DNA of 52,842 nucleotides from Octopus bimaculoides. Its lineage: Eukaryota. The stretch is taken from positions 51,575,712-51,628,553 of the forward strand of contig NC_068993.1 of NCBI RefSeq assembly GCF_001194135.2. Reading direction: 5' to 3'. The position numbers were made by a program, and so were the translations under genes. This document shows, piece by piece, positions 10,535 to 21,252 of this stretch (the first letter of the stretch is position 1; every line of letters starts with the position of its first letter). The notes under the pieces are model-generated. The model ran no database searches and was not told the origin of the DNA. It saw only the letters and a program-made list of their open reading frames with translations.

Positions 10535-11776
10535 AAGACTGTTTTTTTAGTCAATTAGCTTATAGGTTAACTATATTAGCATACAGGTTCACTATAACAT
10601 CTTAAACGTTATCAGTATATGATGGACAAATTGGCATTATAGTCTGCAAGCTCTACCCAGAAATACATGTCTTGCTCCAACGTTTACGGGTGTCTATAAG
10701 CTCCCTTTTGTTACCTTATTTGTTGAAATACACAGACGGTTGGGAAACAACCTTTTTAACTACGTAGCCACCTCTGCGTCTATATACATTATATATATTT
10801 CATGATTGCTTTACAATTCTTTCTGTCTCAAGTAACTACTTGTAAACATTATTACTTAAACATTTCGTTAACTTAACCAAGTGTGCCAATAATTTATCGA
10901 CACAAACCTAAATTTATAATTGACCTACAGCCGTTGTACGTTTCAAAACAATAGTTTCTTTATCTTTTTTTTCTCCATCGATTTTGACTGAAATACTTTT
11001 ATCAGCCGGGGCATCTGAACTCTACCGTTGCACACGATTTAGTTTTTATATCTCAGACAACGACGCCGAGCCTGTTACATTTTTATTTTGGCGTAGTTTA
11101 CGATGGCAATGTTCCACCAATATTTCTTGTGTTAAAACGTGAATTTACTGAACTTCAAATAGTATGTATTATAATTATCCTAAAGCAGTTTTTTCCTACT
11201 GAAGGCAAAGTGTATTGTTTGAATAAGGACACTGTTCCGTATAGAAACTTCTGAAGTAGTGACATTGGAATCTGCTGCGATATGCCCACGTAAATGTCAC
11301 AAAGTTGATGCTATCAGTAGAACTTCGTTAATGGTTTAAAGGTTTCCCTATCACTTGTATCCATCAGATAATTTGTTTGTCATCTGTTTCTCCTCAGTTA
11401 ACTTTCAAACTATCACGTGATGTAGGAATCATCAGATCCAGAGAGGTTACATTTCCACGTAATGTTGGTATCAGTCTCCGTTTGATAACTAAATATCCAA
11501 ACATAATTTCTTTTTTAGAATGCTTTGCTTTCAAAATTCTGTTAATAGAACAAGATCTTGTAAAGGGTGGTGGATTGGCAGGACTGTAAATGCGCTGAAA
11601 TAAAGCTCTTATGTTATCTTCTCCAAGAATTTACGTGCTGACTCCAAATCGCTATGATGTCAGCTTTATCTTCCGTTCTTTCCAAGTCAATATATTAAAC
11701 AGTCAAATAATAGCGCTGTTATATAAACGACTACTTCACTTCTGCGCTGATGTTTGTGATCGGCGTGTACTCACGG

Positions 11777-11932
11777 CCAGTCACAAATATCAGCGCATAC
11801 TCGCAGCCAATTACAAATATCAGCGCATACTCGCCAGTCACAAATATCAGCGCATACTCGCAACCAGTTACAAACATCAGCGCATACTCGCAGCCAGTCA
11901 CAAATATCAGCGCATACTTGCAGTCAGTCACA
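11777..11932 (+). repeat. 30-bp minisatellite (CCAGTCACAAATATCAGCGCATACTCGCAG), 5 units plus a partial; one unit is 27 bp
   Basis: Units start at 11777, 11807, 11834, 11864, 11894, 11924; an inverted 17-bp copy lies at 11743-11759. Confidence 0.95.
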
Positions 11933-12049
11933 TGCTCGGTCGAGAATTCTTCGTCTATGAATAAGGAAAAAGTGAATAAAAGTGAATCAGTCATTCCTCA
12001 CCCTTCTCGGAACTTTCCAGGAAGTAAATCTTCCCCTTCCTCTCTACTT

Positions 12050-12250
12050 CTCGGTTTCCTTGTCCGTCTCTTGAAGATTCTTTGTCAGTTTCTCTCTCCC
12101 TCTCTCAAACTCTCTTTGTCGGTTTCTCTTCCCCTCTCTCGAAGTCTCCTCTTGTCGGTTTTGCTCTCTTTCAATCTCTCCTTGTTGGTTTACCTCTCTC
12201 GGACTCTCCCTATCTGTTTCCCTCTTCCGATCTCTTCTTGTCGGTTCCCC
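12050..12250. repeat. Degenerate pyrimidine-rich repeat, ~30-35 bp unit
   Basis: Recurrent CTCTTTGTCGGTTTC..CTCTCTC motifs. Confidence 0.55.
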
Positions 12251-13194
12251 CCCCACTCTGTGAATAGCTGCCAGGCTGATTTAAGACGCAAGTGAGACAG
12301 TATCTAATTAAAATAGTCATCTATGCATCATACTTAATGTATAAATACTGTCGATAGATAGTTACTGGTTTATTTTGCCTGAGATAGTGTCTTTCATGAA
12401 TTTTCTGTGTTATCAGGTCACCGCATCAGTGTTTTGCCAAAAGATATATAGTGTTAAGTTGTTCAATATAAATGTTCCATTATGCAAATTATTAATTCAT
12501 ATGATCGACAGATATATATTTGGGCGTGCATGTACATTTATACAAACATACGTACATACATACATACACACACGCACACACAAACACATATGTGTGATTG
12601 TGTGTATGTATGTATGCATGTATGTATGTGTGTGTATGTGTCTGTGTATGTAATGTATATATCAGTATTGAAAGCTATTAGTTTTTTTCTGTTGGTCGTC
12701 ATATATTAAGTCGATACCTTTCTTTTGTCCATGTTCTATCCATATGTCAGGTGAAAATGTTATTATATCCAGATGTTTCACAGTCATGTAACTATTTCAA
12801 CGGAGATATTTAGATCGGTGACAAAGTAATTACTACTGACATTGCTGTTTAACTCTGCTGTAAGCCTAAACATATTACAACTGGAGTTTATTCTTTAAGA
12901 AATGACAGTCCAATCTAACGAACTGCACATAAGGAAATTTCTCCCAGACATATTCTATATGAAAATTCTCTTTTCTAGAAGACAATCGAAATTGATCGTT
13001 TAAAAGAATATTTTCCATCTTATGGCGAGCCTTTAATTTGCAATATTGAATGCTGTAAATAAATGTGACGAGTTGCTAGAGTCGTTAGACAGTCGGCTAT
13101 AAAGGATTCGTTCCAGTTCTATCCGCTCTTAGTAAAAATTCTTATCCGAATCTGCTTTGCTTTTCAGCATTACAAGTTTGATAAATATGATATA

Positions 13195-13712
13195 CATATT
13201 CAGAAGAAGCTCAGGAACTTCTAGACGGTTTTCTGCTGCATGTAAAACCCTTGGTTTGACCTTCCTCATAAAGAAGACGGAAGTAATCCACCAGCCTGGC
13301 CCCACTCCTAAATAAATTCGAGGTGTCAAGCAGAGGCCACCGGTTCACAGTTTTTCTGACGCTCCTATACAGGTTGATGGGGGAAAGCCTAAATTATGTG
13401 AAATCATTTACATATCTTGGTAGTAAAGTGAATTTGAGCGTTTCCCTTGATGATGAAATTGCCAACCGTCTTGCAAAGGCAACCAACGCATTTGACAAAC
13501 TTTGTCATTGCTTATGGAATGAAAGGGGCATCAAACTTGACACCAAAGTACAGGTCTATAAGCAGCCATTCTTACTCTTGTATGGCTCAGAATCGTATGT
13601 GCCCTATAGACGACACATTAACCAACTAGACGTCTTCCACAAAGACTGTCTGAGGACAATCTGCGGTTATTCACTGAAAGACAAAATCTCTAATGCCGAC
13701 TTGTTTACATCG
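13195..13712 (+). mobile_element. RTE-clade LINE reverse transcriptase C-terminal fragment, decayed
   Basis: EEAQELLDGFSAACKTLGLT..KKTEVIHQPGP..GESLNYVKSFTYLGS..SLDDEIANRLAKA..LWNERGIKLDTKVQVYK..LLYGSESY..QLDVFHKDCLRTICG. Confidence 0.9.
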
Positions 13713-13719
13713 AACTCCA

Positions 13720-13865
13720 CTGTTCAGCTGGTATTTATTTTATCGACACCGAAAGGATGAAAGGCAAAGTTGACCTCCACAGAATTTGAACTCCACATGT
13801 AAACACTGACGAAATACTGCTAAGCATTTTGCCCGGGGCGCTAACGAGTCTGCCAGCTCGCCGGC
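13720..13865 (-). mobile_element. SINE family A
   Basis: CTGGTATTTATTTTATCGACACCGAAAGGATGAAAGGCAAAGTTGACCTC..GCTAACGAGTCTGCCAGCTCGCC. Confidence 0.9.
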
Positions 13866-14039
13866 TTTACTGTGTCAGCGTTAACCAATTGGCTTTGTAT
13901 AACGATCCAAGCCGCCATTAATGAACTTACAAAGTTTAATATTCTTGTTGTAATCAAGTCATTTTACTCCAAAGGTTTCTGTGATGGTTTCTTCATTAAT
14001 TTTCCTTCATTAATATTCTTCATTAGATAGCCCACCCCT

Positions 14040-14200
14040 CACTGCATTAGTGAATGCCATCTGCTTTGGGACAGTGTTAAATGGGATTTCTTTTTAAACA
14101 ATTTACGTAAAGCTGGTTACGTTATGTTTAAGTAAGCAGACGGTCTATAGTTTCCTGCTGACTCTATTTTCATTCTTGGTATAAACAATTGTCTGTGTTA
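14040..14200 (-). mobile_element. Possible decayed non-LTR RT fragment (domain 1-2)
   Basis: Frameshifted minus translation ..TKNEK..SAGNYRPSAYLNIT resembles the K..NYRPI.LLN motif. Confidence 0.3.
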
Positions 14201-14708
14201 TGGCATATGTATATTTGTTAAGTATCTGTCAAAGCATGTATATACAGGGTTACACAAGCACACATATATATATGTATATAATTGTCTACATACATACATA
14301 TATACACAAACACACACGCACGCACACATATATATATATATTTGTATATGTATATGCATATATACGTATGAACGATGTACGTCGGCAGAAATTCGAGTCG
14401 CCCCGAAGAAACTCAGTCAATCCAACTTGGAGGAAACAGAAAAAGTTTGAAGATAACAGCCGTACAACCGATTACAAATACAAAAATTTAGCGTAAACAT
14501 GCAAACTGTTCTCCTTGAAATTTTGTATTGTTATAATTTTGGTTTGTGTTGGCATATGGCATTCTTTATAAATGGAATCACAACAGATGAAGGGTTTTCA
14601 TTAGTCAAAAATTTGGATGAGGCAAATGCCAAAAATATAAATAAAGAAAATGAAAAATAAAGAAATGAAAATTTTCTATGATTAATAGATTGTAATTCGC
14701 GCTATTAC

Positions 14709-14905
14709 TCACGCCGGACAAAATGCTTAGCGGTATTTCAGCTGTCGCTATGTTCTGAGTTCAAATTCCGCCGAGGTCGACTTTGCCTCTCATCATTTCG
14801 GGGTCGACAAATTAAGTACCAGTGATATACTGGGGTCGATGTGATCCACTAGTTCCCTCTCCCAAATTTCAGGCCTTGTGCTTATAGTAGAAAGGATTAT
14901 TATTG
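14709..14905 (+). mobile_element. SINE family A with (ATT)n tail
   Basis: CACGCCGGACAAAATGCTTAGCGG..GAGTTCAAATTCCGCCGAGGTCGACTTTGCC..GAAAGGATTATTATT. Confidence 0.9.
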
Positions 14906-14924
14906 CGCTTTTGGGTCTTGAGTA

Positions 14925-15382
14925 TCTTGAGCGACGAGGCAATGGGTCGTATGCAATGTTTCGAGTGGCAGGGTAGCTTCAAAAATGGAAGAATTTCGCT
15001 GGTAGGCAATGATTAATCTGGAAGAGCAGCCACGAGCCTCAACCCCGGGAATCTGGAGAAAATCGATCAGCTTGTGCATTAGGATCGTCGAAGGACAATC
15101 AACGACATTGCTAATGCTGGTCTGTTGTACGGGTCCGTGCAGGTAATCCTAACGTCTGAATTGAACATGCAGCATGCCTCTGCCAAGGTTGTCCCCTGCC
15201 TGTTGACCACTGAGCAGAAATAACATCGCATCGAAGTCTGTTGATATTTCCGTCAGTGTACCACTGACAAATCATCTTTTATGTCGAGGATCATCACCAA
15301 TAACGAGAGTTAGGTCTACGGGTACGACGCTGAGACGAAGCAGCAGTCGTCACAATGGAAGAGCCCTTCATTTCCACGAGCC
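14925..15382 (+). mobile_element. Mariner (Tc1/mariner) transposase fragment, pseudogenised
   Basis: MGRMQCFEW..FKNGR..DRRRTINDIA..GSVQVILTSELNM..SAKVVPCLLT..RIITNNES*VYGYDAETKQQSSQWKSPS matches the HTH, WVPRLL and ITGDE-W-YDPETK-QS-W motifs. Confidence 0.9.
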
Positions 15383-15789
15383 TCAACTATAAAACGCTAT
15401 AAAAACGAAAGACTGCCATCATGTTATCTATTTTTCTCTGTGTATTTTTTTCTCAGTTACCATACTGTTAAAGTGATGAGAATATCAGGTTCACAAGTAA
15501 CTCGATGCTTGGCCCCAGAGCCAGAGCCATACACCTCTTACGAAATTCGAACTCACATCATGTAGAAAACATTACGACATAACGTTCTTTTTACCTCAAA
15601 TCGCTCTGTCTTTCTCAATATCATTCTAAAATAAATAATAAATAATATTGAAATGACACACTTTTTAATGAAGGGTAGGCTTTGCTGATCAATGCTACCT
15701 TACTGAACAAGTCACATCGGTTGTTATATTGTGGCGCATTCGGAATCATAATAATTGATGCAGGCCACTGAGCAATATTGATGTTCTGA

Positions 15790-16010
15790 GTAGAGAAACA
15801 CGATAATGAAACTGATGGTCAACCAAAGCTGATGGGGACGAGATTCCTGATGCAACATTGGAAGATGCTGTCCAGTTGCGGCCACATAAAGAAATCAGAA
15901 AGAAGGATGCAAGTGGCAGAGATTGCTACAAAAAGAGGCATTCTGTTTGGGTGTTGTGTTGAAATTAAGTCCGAAAGCTTTCTGAATTTTCGCCAATTAG
16001 TGCAGCTCCA
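15790..16010 (+). mobile_element. Second, more decayed mariner HTH-region fragment
   Basis: SERRMQVAEIATKRGILFGCCVEI..LNFR resembles DRR-TV-EIA--LGIS-GSV--I----L-FR. Confidence 0.5.
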
Positions 16011-16229
16011 TCTACTCATGAGACTTATTTACACCTAGGTTTACTTGAGTCACATAAAGGTAACCACCATGAATTTATATATATATATATATATATATAA
16101 AGAGAGAACGTTTAATATAATGAATTATTTATCGATTATATAAAGACCTTGTCTAATGTTATATCGATTTGGCCTGACACAATAGACTATAAGTAAAAAT
16201 GATCAAAAGCAAGAAAGTATAATCAGCAG

Positions 16230-16243
16230 TAATAATAGTAGTA

Positions 16244-16319
<76 letters not shown>

Positions 16320-16452
16320 TAATAAAAACAACAACAGCAATAACAATGAATAATAAAAAATATCAAAAAAAAATTTGCAAGATTTAAAACAAAAACATAC
16401 GTAGCATTCCGTGATATCATAACAAAAGATGGTGAGATAGATAGACTGGGCA

Positions 16453-16515
<63 letters not shown>

Positions 16516-16520
16516 TAATA
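16230..16520. repeat. Two (TAA)n microsatellites
   Basis: Direct reading, ~16230-16323 and 16453-16520. Confidence 0.95.
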
Positions 16521-17326
16521 ACAGGAGAACAATTTAGAGAAACGTCACCCCTACCCATTATATATATATCTTTTCTAGACTTCACCACGCAGGCGGACAA
16601 AACCCACTAGCGTCACATCGTGTCAAAATAAAGTTAAAACACATTTTTTATTTGCCAGGAATGAAACAAAATCTATGTTCATATATATATATATATNNNN
16701 NNNNNNNNNNNNNNNNNNNNNNNNNNNNNNNNNNNNNNNNNNNNNNNNNNNNNNNNNNNNNNNNNNNNNNNNNNNNNNNNNNNNNNNNNNNNNNNNNNNN
16801 NNNNNNNNNNNNNNNNNNNNNNNNNNNNNNNNNNNNNNNNNNNNNNNNNNNNNNNNNNNNNNNNNNNNNNNNNNNNNNNNNNNNNNNNNNNNNNNNNNNN
16901 NNNNNNNNNNNNNNNNNNNNNNNNNNNNNNNNNNNNNNNNNNNNNNNNNNNNNNNNNNNNNNNNNNNNNNNNNNNNNNNNNNNNNNNNNNNNNNNNNNNN
17001 NNNNNNNNNNNNNNNNNNNNNNNNNNNNNNNNNNNNNNNNNNNNNNNNNNNNNNNNNNNNNNNNNNNNNNNNNNNNNNNNNNNNNNNNNNNNNNNNNNNN
17101 NNNNNNNNNNNNNNNNNNNNNNNNNNNNNNNNNNNNNNNNNNNNNNNNNNNNNNNNNNNNNNNNNNNNNNNNNNNNNNNNNNNNNNNNNNNNNNNNNNNN
17201 NNNNNNNNNNNNNNNNNNNNNNNNNNNNNNNNNNNNNNNNNNNNNNNNNNNNNNNNNNNNNNNNNNNNNNNNNNNNNNNNNNNNNNNNNNNNNNNNNNNN
17301 NNNNNNNNNNNNNNNNNNNNNNNNNN

Positions 17327-17357
<31 letters not shown>

Positions 17358-17760
17358 ATGTATGTATGTATGTATGTATGTATAGTATGTATGCCTATAT
17401 TTAAACATACGCCTGTATACACATCTACATCAATATAGAATGACAGAGAGATATACGATTTCAATTTATGACTTCTAAATTCGTGTGTGTAAGTCTCCAT
17501 ATACATACGTATATATATATATAGATATATATTCACACATACATATACATACAAATATACACATACACATACACAAGCATACACACACAGACACACACAT
17601 ATATATATATACATACACTCACATACATGTGGGTGTATGTGTGTTTTTCGGTGTGTTTCAAATAGTACATTTGAGTGAAGTTAAGGTACTTTATGTGTTT
17701 TTGAACGACTAACTTGTGCCTTTTACGCTGATATATGTATGTGCATGTGTGTGCGCGCGC

Positions 17761-17815
<55 letters not shown>

Positions 17816-17934
17816 TGTGTGCGCGTGTGATTGGTGAAGACTATCAGTGCCACTTGCCCATGTAATATTGCCTGCAATGCCTGTACATAAGGCTATTGCA
17901 GGCGCGGGCGACTTCATCCAGGTTGGTAGTTCTT

Positions 17935-18070
17935 ACTCACCATTGTGCTTTCCTACTCGACAAGACACCGGCAACTCGGCTTGTCGACGATCACGTGATC
18001 TAAGACGATAGGTCCAATAAGGCTTGCACTACAGCTTACTGTCCCTCTCGGATCTGGTGCCAATATGGGT
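17935..18070 (-). promoter_or_regulatory. Putative Pol II promoter / 5' UTR with E-box and two CCAAT boxes
   Basis: Perfect palindrome GATCACGTGATC at 17989-18000 (TCACGTGA core); CCAAT at 18014-18018 and 18060-18064; CpG-rich unique sequence directly upstream of ATG|GTGAGT. Confidence 0.55.
17941..17943 (-). CDS. Probable ATG-only first coding exon of an unidentified minus-strand gene
   Basis: Minus strand reads GGAAAGCACA-ATG|GTGAGTAAG: A at -3, consensus GTGAGT donor directly after ATG, in-frame TAG four codons upstream, inside a GC/CpG-richer island. No downstream exon identified. Confidence 0.6.
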
Positions 18071-18164
18071 CCCACTCTGAGGACGTGGGAGCGACACGAT
18101 CTCGCTTGTAAACGATTCACCTCTCAAATGTCAAATACATACATACTTATGTACATCCATTTAT

Positions 18165-18887
18165 AAGGATAAACAGGAGAAAAAAATGGAGACCAAAAAA
18201 TAAACGGAGGCAGATAAAAATGAGAAGGGATTAACGTTGTTTATATGTGTGTGTATACATATATATAATATATAATATACAAATGTATATACGCAGTATG
18301 TGTATATATATATATATNNNNNNNNNNNNNNNNNNNNNNNNNNNNNNNNNNNNNNNNNNNNNNNNNNNNNNNNNNNNNNNNNNNNNNNNNNNNNNNNNNN
18401 NNNNNNNNNNNNNNNNNNNNNNNNNNNNNNNNNNNNNNNNNNNNNNNNNNNNNNNNNNNNNNNNNNNNNNNNNNNNNNNNNNNNNNNNNNNNNNNNNNNN
18501 NNNNNNNNNNNNNNNNNNNNNNNNNNNNNNNNNNNNNNNNNNNNNNNNNNNNNNNNNNNNNNNNNNNNNNNNNNNNNNNNNNNNNNNNNNNNNNNNNNNN
18601 NNNNNNNNNNNNNNNNNNNNNNNNNNNNNNNNNNNNNNNNNNNNNNNNNNNNNNNNNNNNNNNNNNNNNNNNNNNNNNNNNNNNNNNNNNNNNNNNNNNN
18701 NNNNNNNNNNNNNNNNNNNNNNNNNNNNNNNNNNNNNNNNNNNNNNNTATATATACTGCGTATATACATTTGTATATTATATACTATATATGTGTATACG
18801 CACACACATAAACAACGTTAATCCCTTTTCATTTTTATCTGCCTCCGTTTATTTTTTGGTCTCCATTTTTTTCTCCTGTTTATCCTT
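18165..18887. repeat. ~140-150-bp inverted repeat flanking an (AT)n-bounded gap
   Basis: 18165-18317 is the reverse complement of 18748-18887 with a few transitions and microsatellite-length differences. Confidence 0.9.
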
Positions 18888-19059
18888 CCTATTGAAGACC
18901 GTAGACTTGAGTCATCAAAACTTTTCTATTTTTCCCAAGCAACAAACTAATAAAGCGACTTGTTGTTCCCTCAACTGTCTTCATCTTTTGTTTTCTGTAA
19001 ATTTGGACTATATACATACATACATACATATACACACACACAGATATATGCATATTTAC

Positions 19060-19270
19060 TCTTTTACTCTTTTCAAGCATTTGACTGCGGCCATGCTCTA
19101 TCACCACCTTTAATCAAGCAAATCGACCGCAGGACTTACTCTCTGTAAGCCTAGTACTTATTTTATAGGTCTGTTACGCTGAACCGCAAAGTTTCGTGGT
19201 CATAAACACACCCATATTGGTTGTCAAGCGGTTGTGGGGTGACAAATACAGACCCAAAGACACACACGCA
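19060..19270 (-). mobile_element. SINE family B 3' module
   Basis: CATTTGACTGCGGCCATGCT..AAATCGACC..GGACTTA..GTAAGCCTAGTACTTA..GGTTGTCAAGCG. Confidence 0.9.
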
Positions 19271-19364
19271 TATATATAATTACGCTTTCTATCTTACCAT
19301 TGTCTTGAGGCCATGGATTTATTAGGTCGGTTTCTGGCACACTGGTCCGTCATAGGATTTCTAA

Positions 19365-19505
19365 TTTATGCCGGAATGAGCTGGAACAACGTGAAATAAA
19401 ATGTAATGATCAAGAACACAACGCACCGTCCAGTACAGGAATCGAAACCGTGCTAAACGATCGTGACTGCAGATTCTTAGCAACAGGGTTACGCACCTTC
19501 GCAGT
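19365..19505 (-). mobile_element. SINE family C head
   Basis: Reverse complement GGTTTCGATTCCTG..GCGTTGTGTTCTTGA..TTATTTCACGTTGTTCCAGCTCA. Confidence 0.7.
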
Positions 19506-19554
19506 CCCTCTAACACTTCCGGAAATCCACAGCCGTGATTGGTAGGATTTTTTT

Positions 19555-19695
19555 TTCTGCTTTTTTTAATCGACCGCGAAATGATGAAAGGCCCTGTTGA
19601 CCTCGGCGAAATTTGAACTGAGAGCGCACAAACCGTAACGAATATATGAGGCATTCTGCAGAACGCTCAAACGACTCTGCCAAATTACCAGCCTT
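19555..19695 (-). mobile_element. SINE family A
   Basis: ATCGACCGCGAAATGATGAAAGGC..GTTGACCTCGGCGAAATTTGAACTGAGA..AAACGACTCTGCC. Confidence 0.85.
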
Positions 19696-20026
19696 GTTAC
19701 ACAGACAGATCACAGAAATAAGTATAGGAGTCAATCTATATTCTGAAACCCTTTAAGTAGGTGACCCCGGACGGCTGCAGGCCAAATAGTGAAACAAGGA
19801 GAACGTTGTATATATATATATATATATATTACAGACATTANNNNNNNNNNNNNNNNNNNNNNNNNNNNNNNNNNNNNNNNATATATATATATATATATAT
19901 TATCTCCCTTTTGATATTAGTGGAAAAATAGATATAGATAAGAATCTTTCAAAGGAGATCAGGATAAATAGAGGTTATGAGATTAAACGAAAAAATTCTA
20001 GCCATGAATAATAAGCCTTTCAAAGC

Positions 20027-20057
<31 letters not shown>

Positions 20058-20105
20058 TGCATATGCACATACACAGACACACACATACACACACACACAT
20101 ATATA

Positions 20106-20142
<37 letters not shown>

Positions 20143-20644
20143 ACACACACACACATATATACACACACATATATACACACACATATATATATATACGTAT
20201 ATGTATGTATGTATGTGTGTGTATGTATATATAAAGCTTTAGTGTTTCATTGCTTTGATCTATTTATTGTTGTTGCTTGTTGTTGTTGTTGTTGTTGCCG
20301 GTCACGTGGTGATGTACCTTTTGTTGGTATATTTTATTCTTCGTATTTGTCTTAGTATTCCCTCTTTATACGAAATTTTCTTCCCGGCTTCCTCGAAAAT
20401 TATTTTATTGACATTATTGTTTAGCCCTAGGTTTAATCATGTACGAGGTTAGACTTAACCAAACCTTCTTTGTCAGTACCGATTATTAATCACACCATTT
20501 TCCAAATTACTTTATCTGTAGGGTATAATTTGTTTCTATTTCTAGCACGTCCTGCGACTAAGTAGAGCTTCCGTTTTGTGCTCGTAATTATTGAGGTCGT
20601 GAGAACTTATTGTTTTTATTGAAACATAATAATAGGAATTTTAG

Positions 20645-20785
20645 ATGGAGGTGTTTACTCGATTAATTGGACTCTAGTATTTTATCGACATCGAAGCGTA
20701 AAAAGCAAAATTGATTCACCCGTATTTGAACTCAGAACTCAATTCAACGGATGAAATGCTTCCCAGCATTTGTTTCCGAGTGCGT
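20645..20785 (-). mobile_element. SINE family A, diverged
   Basis: TATTTTATCGACATCGAAG..AAAGCAAAATTGA..ATTTGAACTCAGAAC. Confidence 0.65.
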
Positions 20786-20805
20786 TTATTATTTATAGCG
20801 TAAAT

Positions 20806-21037
20806 AAGGCGCCGAGCTGACGGAATCTGTGGCACGCCGGACGAAATGCTTTGCGGCACATCGTCCGTCTTCATGTTCTAAGTTCAAATTCCGCTGAGAC
20901 CGACTTTGCCTTTCATCCTTTCGGGGTCAATAAACTAAGTACCTGTGAAACACTAGGGTCAATGTAATCGACTAATTTCAGGCCTTGTGCCCCACAAAAT
21001 TTCAGGCCTTGTGCTTGTAGTAGAAAAGGATTATTAA
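20806..21037 (+). mobile_element. SINE family A with short internal duplication in the tail
   Basis: GAGCTGACGGAATC..CACGCCGGACGAAATGC..GACTTTGCCTTTCATCCTTTCGGGGTC; AATTTCAGGCCTTGTGC occurs twice. Confidence 0.9.
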
Positions 21038-21252
21038 TGGCGTAAATGAACCGCACACCATGACACAATAACACGAAAACTATTATGCAAATGTCTATGA
21101 GTTTTCCTGTTGCCATCATTATTGTTGCAATTGTTATATTCAACGTTAACACCGTTGCTTAGCTTTGTTTTTCGCTTTTCATAACGAAACCATTGTAGCT
21201 GGTGCCATTGGCTTTATTGGTATTATCATTGCTCTTACTGTTGCTACCGACA

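Noticed and set aside
11777-11932. 30-bp direct repeats as a CRISPR array
   Set aside because: Units are contiguous with no spacers, there are no cas genes, and the context is eukaryotic.
12044-12256. Charged E/R/K-rich minus ORF resembling a coiled-coil or Gag protein
   Set aside because: The underlying repeat unit appears in different frames (EPTRR, NRQ, ETDK), arguing against coding constraint.
11750-12295. 181-aa plus-strand ORF as a gene
   Set aside because: Its length comes from an in-frame minisatellite plus a pyrimidine-rich repeat; overlapping frames on both strands are also open; no domain recognised.
14380-14447. Minus-strand acceptor TTTTTCTGTTTCCTCCAAG as exon 2 of the ATG-only gene
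   Set aside because: The phase-0 reading stops after two codons (TTG GAT TGA) and no good donor follows.
17957-17987. Iron-responsive element
   Set aside because: The loop is AGUUGC rather than CAGUGN, and there is no bulged C with a 5-bp upper stem.
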